The notes beneath the pieces are model-generated. The model made no database searches and was not told where the DNA came from. It was given only the letters and a program-made list of their open reading frames with translations. 64,000 nucleotides of DNA, taken from the NCBI GenBank assembly GCA_037379345.1, contig CM074515.1:49543743-49607742 (forward strand), given 5' to 3'. This document shows positions 1 to 13,530 of this stretch, piece by piece. The first letter of the stretch is position 1, and each line of letters begins with the position of its first letter. The stretch is from Perna viridis. Taxonomy: Eukaryota. The translations under genes were made by a program, and so were the position numbers.

Positions 1-285
1 GTTAAAGTTGTTTCAGTGAATTCACAAAAAAATCCATGTTAATCTGTAGTGTATCTTATTCTTTCAGTATCTGTCAGTTGATACTACACCTGACATTTTT
101 CCTTTACACATTTAATTTTACCAAAGGTTGAATGCTGCAGCATCTGCAGGGACATAAATGCATTATGGGTAATGAAGTGAGGAATGGCAGCAAAACATGT
201 ACTGTGAAATATTCAGTGTGGTTTTATTCTTTGCTCAACCATAGTAGTTAATGCAAGTTATCCAATTTAAACTGATATTCTAATG

Positions 286-377
286 TATACTTGTTAGCCT
301 CAGAATGTGGGAGATCTCCCTCATTCCAACAATTTTTTGTGGGAGATTTTGGCACACAAACAATCAGATATTTAAAA

Positions 378-409
<32 letters not shown>

Positions 410-642
410 AAACAAAGAAGTGGAAACTTTTAAAACAATAATTCTATTTAAAGGATTTTTCATAAAAGGCTGTACATTTCAGGGAATCAATCGTCTTATG
501 ATGGAGGATTTTTTTTCCCAATGGTAGCTATATAAGCTTAAGAAATCTTTCAAAGTATTAGTTTTAAACCTCCCACACAGGCGACACACTCTTTCGTGGG
601 AGTCCATAGCTCCCTCTGAACATGGGAGGGTTAACAGGTACA
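286..642. mobile_element. Degenerate MITE-like element
   Basis: Imperfect terminal inverted repeats: left TATACTTGTTAGCCTC, right end reverse complement TGTACCTGTTAACCCTC. GGGAG/CTCCC motifs lie near both ends. No clear TSD. Confidence 0.4.
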
Positions 643-872
643 TTGTATGCTTATGACCAATGCAGTGTTCAAAGGAATTATTTAAAAAAAGATGCTTTTA
701 ATATTTAGATTTTAACACATAAATGATCTGTGACATTGAGTGATTTCACAGTACAAAGCATAAATGGTTATGGATAAAGACCAGTATAAGGACAATATAT
801 AAGCCATCTAAAGCAATTTTTGCAAAATTAGCAAATTCAGACATATTAATAGATATGCTTGTCTGCCTATAA

Positions 873-2268
873 GGCCATTGTTTTTTTATTTTTAGTTTTA
901 CAAATCCGCCGACCCTAATTTCTAGCAATTTGGAAAAAAAAAAATAAAATGACTTTTGTTTCATATATTTTTTTTATTTATAACTCGGTGCTTTGCTGTT
1001 TCAAAAAAATAAAAGGTTAAAGGTTATTGGCTATATCTCTAACAGTCTTAATCTTTATTACGCTTGAAAGACATAGCAGTTTTTATGGTAAAAACCACAT
1101 TGTTCAAAGTTTGTTTTGAATACTTTGAAGCGAAGCACCCCTGAGCGAAGAGATCTGAAGGTAGAACGGTACTATCTATTTCCAATAGGGCGACAATAGT
1201 GAAACATTTCAAATATTCACACCTTTAAAACAATGACGGAGCTATAAAATGACTTTTTCCAGTAATATCTTCATTTCTCTCACTAAAATTTGATCAAAGT
1301 CATAGCAAAACCGTCTCGATTCTTTGTTATTTTAAGCAGATGATGTTTGGGGTCAAACTTCCCCCCTTTTTCTGTGAATGGCACATAAATTTTAAAAGTT
1401 CATAATATTTATATAAAATGGTTTTCAAAAAATAAAATGTAACTTTTTAAAAGTATAATAAGGTTAGAGCCTGTAATTAATAAAACATTTTGGGTGTCAG
1501 CACAATTTGTCCAATCAGAGTGTCCGGAAGTATTTACTTAAGTAGGGTACAAAAAAGGCCAACCTAAAATAATGAGAAATAGTACTGTTTTACCTGAACA
1601 GCGAGCACAGGAAAGATGCATTCATGGTTCTGCATCGTTGTGTTTCATCCTGGTCTTAAAACAATTAAAAAACAATTTATAAAGGCCCAAACTGATTCTA
1701 CGATAGGCCAGGCTATATCTGATGAATTAGATCCGGATCTATTAATAGAAAAAAATTATGGCAATAGTGCTTACATTCATGGACAGGGCCACAGTATGAT
1801 TCGTTCCTCCACAGAAGTGGCAACTGATTTGCCTGTGGGAGTGATGAGTGAAATGGGGTATAAATACCTATACAATTATTGTTTGAAAAAGAATGTTCAA
1901 CTCTATTTCTGTTTAATATTTAGAAAAAAGTGGAAAAAAAAGAAGGCAAGTCCTAGAACCTTGTGGGCAGAAAATCAACACATTATTTTAAAATGGTTGA
2001 AACAATGTCAGACAGAAAGAAACGGCACAATTATAAATCCACAAACACAAATTCAACCTATTTTGTCTGAAAACCATATCAAATACGTTCAGAAAAGTAT
2101 GATCTTTAACAAAATAAAAAAAAAAAATTCTAAAATAAAAAAATCTTTAAAAAATCTTAAAAAAAACAAAAAAAATTCTAAAATGTCTCTTTTTTTTTTT
2201 TTTTCATCCTCCTACTCATGACTTTGGTGAAATAATTTCTTAAAACTAAAAATTAAAAAACCATGGCC
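873..2268. mobile_element. Non-autonomous PIF/Harbinger-type DNA transposon
   Basis: ~28-bp TIRs: left GGCCATTGTTTTTTTATTTTTAGTTTTA, right reverse complement GGCCATGGTTTTTTAATTTTTAGTTTTA. TAA direct repeat at 870-872 and 2269-2271. A TAA/TTA TSD is typical of PIF/Harbinger. Retains CpGs, unlike its flanks. Confidence 0.8.
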
Positions 2269-4097
2269 TAACCAATGTCCACTCAAATTTCACTGTTCTA
2301 AGGAATCAACTGAACCAACATGCATAAGGCAATTCAACAGGTCAATCCTGAAGTCTACAAATTTATGCTAAAAAAAACTTTTCTTTTTTTAATTAAGTAG
2401 CTCTTTTCATGCGATACTTGACATTGACACGACAATATAACATATAAATCTTGACCAGACTAGTACCATGACATGCATTTAATTTTTTTTTTTTTTTTTG
2501 GTTTCCTGGGAGCACAGATTATCATTATTTTGTCCTGTATCATATGCATCATATGCATTCTCCCCCTGTATCCGCCGCAGGAGTGCATTGAAGATCAGTC
2601 TTAACTTTTTGGACAGATTGTATTTTTGCTTTAAAGCCATGAACAATTACATACACTGTACCGAATGAATTATGGTTCTACAAATGTCAAATATGTGACT
2701 AATAAAAATCAAGATCACTTATATATTATTATTATGTCAATCTAAACATACTGAAAAAAAAAACAATCAATTCCATGTTACAATGAAGCCATCAGTTTGC
2801 AGTATTAATGCTTATGTGAGGAGTTAATTCTCTGCAATGTAGAGGCAATATATAATATCTATTAAAGGAAAGCAAAAAAGTTTTCAAGAACAAAATTAAT
2901 TCACTGATAGTCTCTATGGTAAAAATAAATAGAAGAAAAAATCTACTTATTCTTTCAGTTCTGGGTTTAATTGTTTTAGCTTTTTTTTAAAGCTTGAAAA
3001 ACATCATATTGATTTTTAAAAAAAGGTCAATCTAATGATTACTGATACCCCTGTAATGTCTAAGTGGAAAAGCACAACCATTCCCAAATACACAATAATC
3101 CAACTTGACCTATATTTTATGGTCCAGAACATTTTGTGTAGGTAAGAAAAGATATGGCTAATCAGATTTAGCCCTCTCATATGGATACCTAGAGTATGAT
3201 GGACAGGCAAATAGGCGACTGACCACAAACTTGTCAAGCTGGGACATAAGAATAAAAAGTTTCCAGTCAAAAAAGTCAAGCTTAAAGCACACAAAAAATT
3301 ACATACACCTAGGCATTATTAACCAAACAGAATAATATAAATTCACAGTTGAAATTTCCAGTAGTATTGCTTGACAATTTGATGTTTTCTTTATACTATT
3401 AGAGCTGCCTGAAGGTCATGAATGAAGGATTTTTTTCAAGAATGTCTTTTTGTGTCATATTCTTAAGAAGTGCAAATATAACTGGTATAAATTTGTTGTG
3501 ACATTTTTTTATAAGAGGAGCTATTGACCAGCTTATAAAAGTATCCATTCATCCCATGCTCAGTATTTATATCAATGTTAAAGATGCTGACAATTATAAG
3601 CTGATTTTCTAGAACTGAGATTTACTGTCTGACAAGTGTCTTTGTCATTTTGCTTTTCTTCAAAATACAATCAAGCAATGGAAAGAAAGATTATTATACA
3701 CAAATCTACTTAAAAGACAATGTACAAGAAAATGTTCAGAATATTTCTAATTTTGTAAGTCAACATTTGGAAGTCATTTTTAAATTTGAACCAGATAAAA
3801 TAAAACACCTGAATAACTGACAACCTTGATCTACAACTTAAAAAAAAAACCTTGCTTGAAAAGAACAAAATCTTCAAAATTTAGCAGTGTCTTCATCTGG
3901 ATTTTTAAGGGAGGAGGCACTTATCACTGCTATAAGTGAGAAAATCCTAAACAAATAGACAATCTCCTTGTAGCTTCTCAGAAGTTAAATTTGCTCAGCA
4001 GAGAGCGATATTTTTAGTTTCTAGGTATACCACAAATAGTAAGCACTAATATTTCTATCAAATTGACATGATTGCCAGAAAATAAGTTCTACATATA

Positions 4098-5180
4098 AAA
4101 TAGAAATCCTTGAGATGGAACCCATCTCTGTGGCCCCCGCTGTTTCAATAAACAATATATACAAAATGGATTTATGTGATCTACTCATATGCCAAATATC
4201 AAAAGCCCACATAAAAAGACAAAAACAATACAGCCTGGACAAAAGTTCAACATTGAAAAAAAAACAAAAACAAAAAAAAAACAGGAATTTGCCATAGAAG
4301 TCAAAGTTCAAGGTCATAGGCCACTTTCCATGGTACACTACACATCATCTTTACATGACCTACCCACATACCAAATATCAAATGGCCGCATCAAAAGATA
4401 AACTAGATGTGGTTTTGAGTAAAACTCAGCATAGCTGAACGAAACTTAAACTCAATCTGTAGCTAATCATGACAGACTCACATACCAAAAATCAGTAAAA
4501 TATCTTCAAGCAATTGCAACAAAAAAAGCAAAAAACTATTATTTCAATACAATTTTAAAGTGCAGGGCCCATTATTTTGGTAAAACTCAGCGTAGAAGAA
4601 TGAAACTTATACTCGATTTGTAACTAATCATGACAGACTCACATACCAAAAAAAAAGTTCAATATCTTCAAGGGTTTACAAAAAAAGGGCAGAAAACTGT
4701 TATTTCCATGAAATTTTTTAAGTCCAGGGCCCATAATTTTGGTTAAAGTCAGTGTAGCAGAACGAAACTTTAACTCGATCTGTAACTAATCATGAAAGAC
4801 TTACATACAAAAATCAGTTCAATATCTTCAAGGATTTACAAAAATAGTGCGGGAAACTTATGGGATGGATGGAATTACAGATGGACAGGGGTAAAACAAT
4901 ATGCCCCCCAACTTATCGTTGCGGGGGCATAAAAAAGTTACAGCCTGGATACAAGTTTGTCACCGAAAAACACTGAATTTGACATTAAGGTCAAAGTTCA
5001 AGGTCATAGGCCAATATCCATTGTATGTGACACTTGGTCTTAATGCTATCTACCCACATGCCAAATATCTGAGCCCACACTGAAAGACAAAACAAAAGCC
5101 CGGACATGTGTTTGTAATGGACAAATGGACGAACGGACGGACAGAGTGATCACTACATTTCATAGTGGGGCCCTAATTAA
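4098..5180 (+). mobile_element. Non-autonomous Helentron-associated (HINE/pearl-like) element, outer copy
   Basis: 5' hairpin GAGATGG-AAC-CCATCTC (4112-4128), internal repeats containing AGGTCAAAGTTCAAGGTCATAGGCC, GGAC-type microsatellite at ~5127-5144 and a GGGGCCCTAATTAA end. This layout is typical of bivalve HINEs. Confidence 0.6.
4401..4935 (+). mobile_element. Nested HINE-type element with ~160-bp internal tandem repeats
   Basis: Starts AACTAGATGT. Three ~160-bp repeats (TAAAACTCAG...GAAACTTAAACTC...CTAATCATGACAGACTCACATACCAAAA...AATATCTTCAAG), a GGAT/GGAC run and a 3' hairpin TATGCCCCC-CAAC..GTTG-CGGGGGCATA (4900-4931). Inserted in an A-run of the outer element's repeat. Confidence 0.7.
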
Positions 5181-8100
5181 CCAGGCTTTTTAGTTTGTGT
5201 TCAAATAATGATATAAAAAAAAAATTGTCCAAAAAATGTCATTATGTCCCAAGAACAATGACTCAATGCTATAGGCTAATTTGACAGCATTTTTAACACC
5301 TTTGTGTACTAATTCTATAACAGACTATTCATGAGCATGTTCAAAATTTCCATTTTTCTATTTACTATAATACCTTTTTGCACTTTGCCTTAATATTCAT
5401 GAATGTAACAGCACAAATTTCTTTCCCTAATAAGTTCAATAACCTTCAAAAGAGTTTTCTGTTAATAAGCCAATGCCTTACAGTTTGTTTTTTTTTAAAT
5501 ATTACAATAGTATTAACCATGACCATATGAGTTCATTAAACACAGATTTATGCAACAAATCTTTTTGGCTTCAGGATACACTAAATGTACTTAATTTTAT
5601 AGAAATGCCTCTTTTGAATGAATGTGTACCACAACTGACTTCTTCAGCAAATTTGTGTTAATTGTCTCAGTTTAGAGGGTGGATAAATCTGAATCAAGTG
5701 CAAAAAGCTTAAATTAACAAGTGTTATTATATGAAATTAAAAAACAATCATGTATTTTCCTAAAATTTCGAACATTCTGATAGGCTTGCATTTGGCTTAA
5801 TTTGCACATTTTTGGTCAGTGATCAAGCAATATTTTACTGAAGCCATTTTTAGTGAGAGTTTCCTCAAGTTGCAATACTGGATTATGAGAATTTCATACC
5901 AAGGGCTAATATAATAAATCACCTTTAATCTAAGTAAGAACCAGAAAATACTCAACTACAACTTGGGGAAAAACAATTCTACTGAACTTCTCTATTCCTT
6001 AGCAAAGATTATGTTAACTGATGTTGTCAATCAATTAGAATGAGATGCCTATGCAAAAATGCAAATTAAAATCACCTATTCATTTGGTTTCAGGTGTTCT
6101 CATATCTTGACAATGAAACAGGTACTTCATCATCATCTATAGGTTTTTCTTAAAACCATCTGTTGCCCAGACTATCCTGTAACCAGGCCAAATTGCAGAA
6201 AGCATATGAAAAATAGGGTCATGTCAAATTTGTGTGTTATTTACAATTATACTTTATTTAGCTAATATGCAGAACACATATTCCTATTTTTAGTTTCTAG
6301 GTTTGTTTTACATTGAATCTATTAAAGCATAAAACCACACATTAAAACAGGGGTCATACCAAAGGTCACTTTTCACAAATAATGGCAGTAAGCTGTTGAG
6401 GGAATATAAAGTTAGGAAAGCATAGAATCATCAGTTCTAAACAATTTCCCTTGGATGAAGACATTTCAAGTAACACCAAGTGCATTCAACATTCAAACTT
6501 CCTATGCTCGTTAAGGTACATATGAAGATTATTTCTGATCTTGAAATGAGTACATTTGAAACATGCAATATGCATTATAAATGTTCATTGAATTCTATTG
6601 GAGGATTGACACTGCCCTTCTTTAAGGATTATATTATGTAGCTGAAATATCCATGCAATCAACTACTTTATTATTAATGAAGCAGGTGTTGGTTAAGACT
6701 GGTAATATTTTTTGGTTCCAAGACATCATATCACACTGGAACAGATTTAAATTCATAAATTTTAAACAAAAAGCAAATATCAATTACAAATCAAGCATTG
6801 AGAATGAGCCATGTAAAACACCCTTTACCCAATCAGAATTCTATTAACAGTCCAGTAGAATGCCCAAAATTAAAAACTCTTCCTCAAATGATTATAAACT
6901 GTAATGGTCTGGTGAACTATTGAAAATCATCCAAAATGGTCAAAAACATTTTAATTTCAAAATCATCTTGACAATTCCTGCACACACAATTACACATCCA
7001 CACACTCATGATTTTCCTGCACCACATAGTGATGATGTAACAATGTGTATCAAAATGTCATGTACCCTCAGAAACTTACAATTAATACAAGCTATCAGTT
7101 TACAAGCTTCAAATATCTACTTGCACTGTTTTGTTTGCATAATTAAACTGCCATTCAATTTACAAGACTATATACAGTTTTAATTAGCGTCTATATATTT
7201 AGCTGTGTGTACCCTATGACTGCCATGTTTCTTGTGAAATACAGTTTTTATATGATCTGGGGCACGTTCCAGCTAATCTTCATATATATTCAAAGGAATT
7301 CTCTTCAGGCTACTAAAATCAACTCAGACTGAAAATAGTTAGCAGTTTCAAGAATATACACTCAAAATTTTCTGAGAAATATTCTACTTCAGACATTCAG
7401 TAGAGTTGTTATGATAAGCATGCTTCATTTCTTCACTTATTTCAAAAAGTTCCCATCATCTTCAAAAATGTTGTAGCTTGTATAGACATCATTAGCCCTC
7501 AAGCACAGAATTATATATCAATAAGTTCAATTATAAGCAAGGTCATATCATGAAAAACTAAGACGCAAATATAATATTTGATAATTCTAAAGGCTAATGT
7601 TTTAAACTGTAACCTAAATGCAAACCTAACACACACTCCCTGTTCAAGCAGTTTTGAAAATTTTAGATTTCCAAAGAAAACTAAATAAAAATTAACTTTC
7701 CCACCATCAATTTCAATGCCAATTTTTTTCAAAATTAGCATATTCTTTTTGGAAATTCAAAGGCAAGATGGAACATTAAAATAATTTTCCCAAATTTATA
7801 TTTCCTTTGTTCCCGGTGACTAGAAATAGAAATCCTTGAACACTATCACACTAAACCCAAACTGTTCCCAAGACAAGAATGAAATCTGGTCCAACGCTGT
7901 AGAACAATACACTTAAAAGAATAATTTTTCATAAAACTTTAACTCAAAAAATTATCAATTGTCTTCTACTAGAGATCTGGAAATACACCAGCAGGGAAAA
8001 CACAACCAAAGATTTGTCCTTTTTAAGAGAATGTATTTTTCAGCTGCATTATAAACATACTTCTACCAATTAGAACTGACCGATGTATTGTAATCAAGTA

Positions 8101-8840
8101 TCTGTATATACATCTAAGAGAGCAAAAGATGTGTATTAGGATAAAATAATGTCCATGAATTCAAATAAAGCAGCTATGTTGTGATGTCTTATATAAAATA
8201 AATCAAGGAACATCTCAAAAAAGGAACAAATGCTCCTGTTTTTTCCAGAGGAAAAATAATGCCAAATGTCATGATGGCTACATCAGCAAAAATAAACCTT
8301 ATTCTTCAGTATTCACTGTCAACAAAATCAGTTGACCTCTGAACTGACACAGGAAAGCCTTGACAAAAATATGTTAAGTATCACTTTTCCTAATAAACCT
8401 TGATCAGCCACTTCTGAAAAATGAGTTGAGACCAAGTTCTGGAATTCCGATCGATGTAAATAAAACACACTAAAATGTATGTGTGTGCGAGGATAAATTG
8501 TTAGCGCATCAAGATATATATTAGTCTATACATGGCTTGAAATCACTGTGATCGACCGAATTGTTAAAAACGAGGAATGTGTTGGTGTCTACAAATCAAT
8601 GAATGGAAAAGCCAGATTCTCAAATATTTTAAAGATGTGACCTTTAAGAAATGCGAAATTCCACAATTTTTTTTTTTTTTATTTAAATTAGAAAATAAAT
8701 TAATTTGCCTTCAACTGCATCCTCGCTGTATATGAAAGTCACGTGTAACGTACTACGTTGATTCTACCACTACAAGCATGCATCAATATATGTAAGTGAG
8801 TACTATGCAAGCGATTTGCAAGACAATTATATTTGCCTAC

Positions 8841-8939
8841 CTAATTCTCTATCTGTGATGTCTTTAACTGTTTAAGACAACATTATAGGAGAGGTCTGCG
8901 TCAACTACTCAATATCCAGACGCTGGAGAGAGTCAAGCC
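8841..8939 (-). other. Internal exon (non-coding/5' leader) of the leftward transcript
   Basis: Minus strand acceptor CCTTTCTCTTTCAG|GGCTTG and donor GAATTAG|GTAGGC. 99 nt with stop codons in all three frames. Confidence 0.55.
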
Positions 8940-10984
8940 CTGAAAGAGAAAGGTTTAATGCCATTACTCCATCAAGTGTATACCATCTTAACTGATTCAA
9001 ATTTATCATCAAGAACCTAAATTGCATAACAGTAAATTGATATAGGGTCTATGAGGACTTGCTCGGAACTAATAGACACTTAAATCTTATTTCAAATTTT
9101 ATTTCCTACAAAAATTTACTATTATAAGACCCAAGTTCACATATACAACTATGACTGCTGATTCTAGCATTTTCTTGCACTTTTTTTCAGTGATGTATAT
9201 GATGGCAGTCTTTTTTTTTTCACAATCTTTACAGCTAATTTTGTAATACTTTCTCATATTTTTTATTAAATTTACCATGAAAACAAAAACATATCACATG
9301 ATTTTTTTAAAGCTGGCTATAAATTTCTAAGTATGATATCTCTTGTTGAAAGTAAGTAACCATATTCAACAATAAGAAATCTCTCATTTACACCAAATCT
9401 TTACTCATTAATATATGATCATATTTACCTTACAGACAGTGCTTAATATAGGATTGTAATCAAATTTAACAGATGACAAATTTTCCAAATTCAAAGGTTT
9501 CATAATTTATGTATTGTCTGTGGAAATTTCTTTAATAAAAAAATCATTAACTGAATCAAAGCCAGGCAAAATGAGATTTAATTGTGCAAACTTTAATCAT
9601 CCTCTTTTTAGATGCTGTCTGCTCCTAAGACATATGACTGCCTGCCATATTAAAATGTGCTAAAACCCAGAAGTCTTGCATAAATTTTCTGTCTGCAAAA
9701 GGAGACTTCAGGAATTTATTGCACAAAAGTGCAAGTAATCAATTGGACTGACAAATTGTGTTGCAGTCAGCAGAAAACTGTATTCGCCCTGGTTTTTCCT
9801 ACTCAAAGATCTGCTAAAGCAGCTACTAAATTATTTCCTTAACATGGAAATCCATTGACGAAAATGTGCCAATTTAATAAAAAAAAATTGGAATTTCCCA
9901 ATCAATGACGGGAAAACCGAGAATGTGAGGGAGACAACGACCTTGAGCTCGTAACGATGTGTCACAGCATCTTCAGTCTAATTAGCATTCATCATTAAGG
10001 CAATTAGTCTCAGGACCAGAGAATTTAAGGTCTTGTTTTATCTGCACAAACCTATTCACAATTGGAAAAAAACAGCCTCCAGCTCTCAAACTCAAAATCT
10101 CCAGTTTTAAATATTTTTCTTGTTAATTTTTTTCATTAGGAAAATCCTTCTAAATAAGGTCATCTTGTGGAGGGGTTATTATACGAGTAGCTTATTCCAT
10201 CAAATTTCTTTAATTACTGGAATAATTCAAAGGAAAGTTAGAGGTATTAGTTAAAAATATTCATGGTTTCATCATGGCATCAGGTTCAAAGATAGAAAAT
10301 TATGCACTGAAAGCTCAGATTTTCAAAGAGTATCAAGTTGGCTAAAAATGTTCAATAACAATAGTGTACTTATGAAATTATTTTATTACGAGTAATTTAA
10401 GATGCATATCATCTCATCACCAAATGGTTTATTGAAATCAACTTTAGGATAATGGACAAACTCATTTCTCAATAAAAAAATTGAAACAGTTGCAATTGAT
10501 ACAGGGAAATATTGTAAAATGTTTGGACATAATCCTGCTGGACTGGATCTATCTTCAATTTACAAAACCTATTTGGTTAATTTTGAGAACTTTGGGAACA
10601 GATAGGTTAATTCTAATTACCTTACAGACCATAGAAAGATAATTTTGATGCACTTTTATACATTCCTGGTTTATTTTGGTAACAATTTAGACATTACTGG
10701 TTACCATGTAGGTTTGATAACCTTTATGAACCATCACCTTAGTGTGAACTATTTAGACTTTTGGTAAGTTTAGATGAATTACTGTAGATTAGTTTTGCTA
10801 CAAAACTCGTTTTTGTTTTTTAATGAAAAGGGCCAACAGAAATTAGAAAAAAAATCTATTTGAAAAAAAGTTATTCAAATAAATCAAGATTTTTGTCAGC
10901 TCTGCGAACAAAACTCCATTTCAAAGGTATCTTATTTGACGACTTCAAATTTTGGCTGTCCTGAGGCCACCGATACAAAACAAA

Positions 10985-12150
10985 ACAAGTTATATAGGTA
11001 ACAGACCCTATGCTTAAAACTAGTTACCTAGGTTACAGACCTTTGCTTGTAACAAGTTACGTAGGTAACAGACTCTATGCTTAAAACTAGTTACCTAGAT
11101 TACAGTCGCCAAGCCAGGCAAGCGACATCCAAGATATACTCGGCCGAAATATTTACCTTTTTTTTTCCCTTCATTATAACTGGTGCAGTATTTAATTAAT
11201 CAAAATAAACACAAGAAGAAATTTCCAACATCTATTTTTTTCATACTCAGCATTTTTTTCTGTTTTGCTTTTTAACACTGGTCTCCCCTTGTGCCGGGGG
11301 CTTAGCAGTAGGGTTAAGTACCTTTCACAAATCATAACATCTTACATAAATGACCTTCAATTTAATTCAATTGTTTTCATTTGCAGAAAAAAATTTGATT
11401 GGTTGATGATTTTACTATGAACCAATCAGATTCAATGTCATAAATGCATTTGAAAAGGACGTTTTCGAAACAGAAATATAAAAATCTGCATCGATAAGTT
11501 TTAGATGAAGAGAAATTTTTTTCGCATTGACACGAGAGGATTAATTTGAATAATAAAGGGACTATCTCATAACACAGATTACTCGCCAACACAAGCAAGT
11601 TCAATGCAGTTGTTACTCACCCGAAAATTAATTTACTCGCATTGGCGAGCGGGCAAGTGTATAATTTTTCCACTGTGTATGTAGTTATTTGTTACCTAGA
11701 TTATAGGCCCTTTACTTGTACCTAGTTACTGTACCAATGTAACATATCCTTCACATATGTCCAATTACCAAGGTTACAGACCCTTTACTTGAACCTAGTA
11801 ACTGTACCAAGGTAACAAATCCTTCACATGTATCTTATCACCAAGGTTACAGGCCCTTTACTTGTACCTAGTTACTGTACCAAGGTAACATATCCTTCAC
11901 ATGTATCTTATTACCAAGGTTATAGACCCTTTACATAAACTTAGTAACTGTACCAAGGTAACATATCCTTCACATATATCTAATTACCAAGGTTACAGAC
12001 TCTATACTTGTACCTAGTTACTGTACCAAGGTAACATATCCTTCACATGTATCTTATTACCAAGGTTACAACCCTTTACTTGTACCTAGTTACTGTACAG
12101 AGGTAACATCCTTCATATGTATTTACCTAAGGTAACTGATCTTTCACTTG
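10985..12150. repeat. Minisatellite (~37-bp monomers, then 73-bp dimer units) interrupted by an insertion
   Basis: GTTACCTAGGTTACAGACC-type units at 10985-11105. Unit CCAAGGTTACAGACCCTTTACTTGTACCTAGTTACTGTACCAAGGTAACATATCCTTCACATGTATCTTATTA has period 73 at 11690-12150. Confidence 0.9.
11103..11675. mobile_element. CpG-containing insertion, probable DNA-transposon remnant
   Basis: Interrupts the minisatellite. Begins CAGT, ends CCCACTG, and has subterminal TTACTCGC..GGCGAGCGGGCAAG motifs. The left TIR is not clearly recognisable. Confidence 0.45.
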
Positions 12151-12735
12151 CTTTTTTTATATTCATGTCTTTTGGTCATCTCTGAATATTATCTGAAAAC
12201 AAAGGAAAGGATGAAAGTTGCTTTTTGGGGAAAGAGTAGTAAAAAATCCTCCAAATCAGTAATTCCAAACACAGTTGAGAAAAGTATTATATAGATAACA
12301 GTGATTTTTTTTTTTTTTTTTTTTTTTATGTTCACATGTGAAATAAACTATGTTATCTCGCTCTAAGACTTTCTTTCACAAAAATGTCTCAATATTTTGT
12401 TTTCTCTTGTGATGTTAATTTTCTTTAATGTCACTGATTTTACGTCACAGAATATCAATCTACCGAACACAGTCAAACTTTTATTAAAAAAAACAATAAA
12501 TTATTGAAAAACTATGTATAATTAAAGGACAATCTATTGGCTACCCTGAATAAACAAAAGGTCTAACTATAAAATGTCATTACTATAAACAAAAATTGAC
12601 CGTTCATATCTATAAACAAAAATTAAAAGACAAAGTGATTTTGAATAAATCTGACTTGAAAAAATAAATCTCAGGAAAACAGCCTGTGTAAGTAAGTTAA
12701 TTTTTAATTTTAAGAATTGTACAGAAGTAAATTAC

Positions 12736-12819
12736 CTGCATCTAGTAAAAGGGTTCCTGCCATCAGTCATTAGGTCGCCATAGCTGACGATTCAGGTGGC
12801 TGGTTATATTGGTTCATGT
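12736..12819 (-). other. Internal exon (5' leader/non-coding) of the leftward transcript
   Basis: Acceptor GTTTTTTTTCCAG|ACATGA and donor GATGCAG|GTAATT. 84 nt, more GC-rich than its flanks, stops in all frames, several ATGs (one, MAGTLLLDA, is open to the donor). Confidence 0.65.
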
Positions 12820-12959
12820 CTGGAAAAAAACATACAGCATTAGAAATGCTAATTTAGAAATATGAGCTCACCCCAAAGCAAGGCACAGGTATGGACACAC
12901 CATTCAAACTTGACACAGATTTAAATTTTGATTACAAGACAAATGGCACAGGATAAACC

Positions 12960-13530
12960 TTCCACCTAAGTAGTCACTTTTTGGCCCTTATTCCTAAATG
13001 GTTCCATTCAATACCTGCAAAATTATTCCCTAACTCCCTGTGGGGATATGGTAACTTGTGGTACAATTTCAAAGAGATTCATTCCCTTTCACTCAAGTTA
13101 CTGTCCAAAAATCAGGAAAAAATATACTTGTTTCTGGTCCCTTTGTGACCCTTAAACTTACAAGGTTCAAGACTTAATCCCCAAAATATATCCCAATCTT
13201 CCTTTGGTGGTATGGCATCTAATAATACAATTTCAAAGAGATTCATTTACTAATAGTCAAGTTATTGTCTGTACATCAGGAAAATGCATGTTTCTGGTCC
13301 CCATTTTTTGTCCTCAGGCCTAACTTCCAAAAAGTTACAAAAGACATTCCTATGCTTTTTCTGGCATTGTGTAGTTAAATGAAATGCTAGTTTTATGCCC
13401 CTTTTGGGCATATAACTGTTAGGGCCATAAACCCCCAAAATCGATACCAATCTTACTTTAAAATACCCAAATTATCCTCATAACCCCAAAAATCAATACC
13501 AACCTTACTTTAGAATACCCAAATTATCAT
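12960..13530 (+). repeat. Degenerate interspersed/satellite-like repeat (HINE internal-repeat type)
   Basis: Recurrent motifs TACAATTTCAAAGAGATTCATT, CAAGTTA(C/T)TGTC and AACCCCAAAAATCAATACCAACCTT. Resembles mytilid repeat families from recall. Confidence 0.5.

Noticed and set aside
1616-2221. 201-aa ORF as an intact CDS
   Set aside because: It lies inside a transposon, and its C-terminal half is poly-A-derived Lys-rich low complexity.
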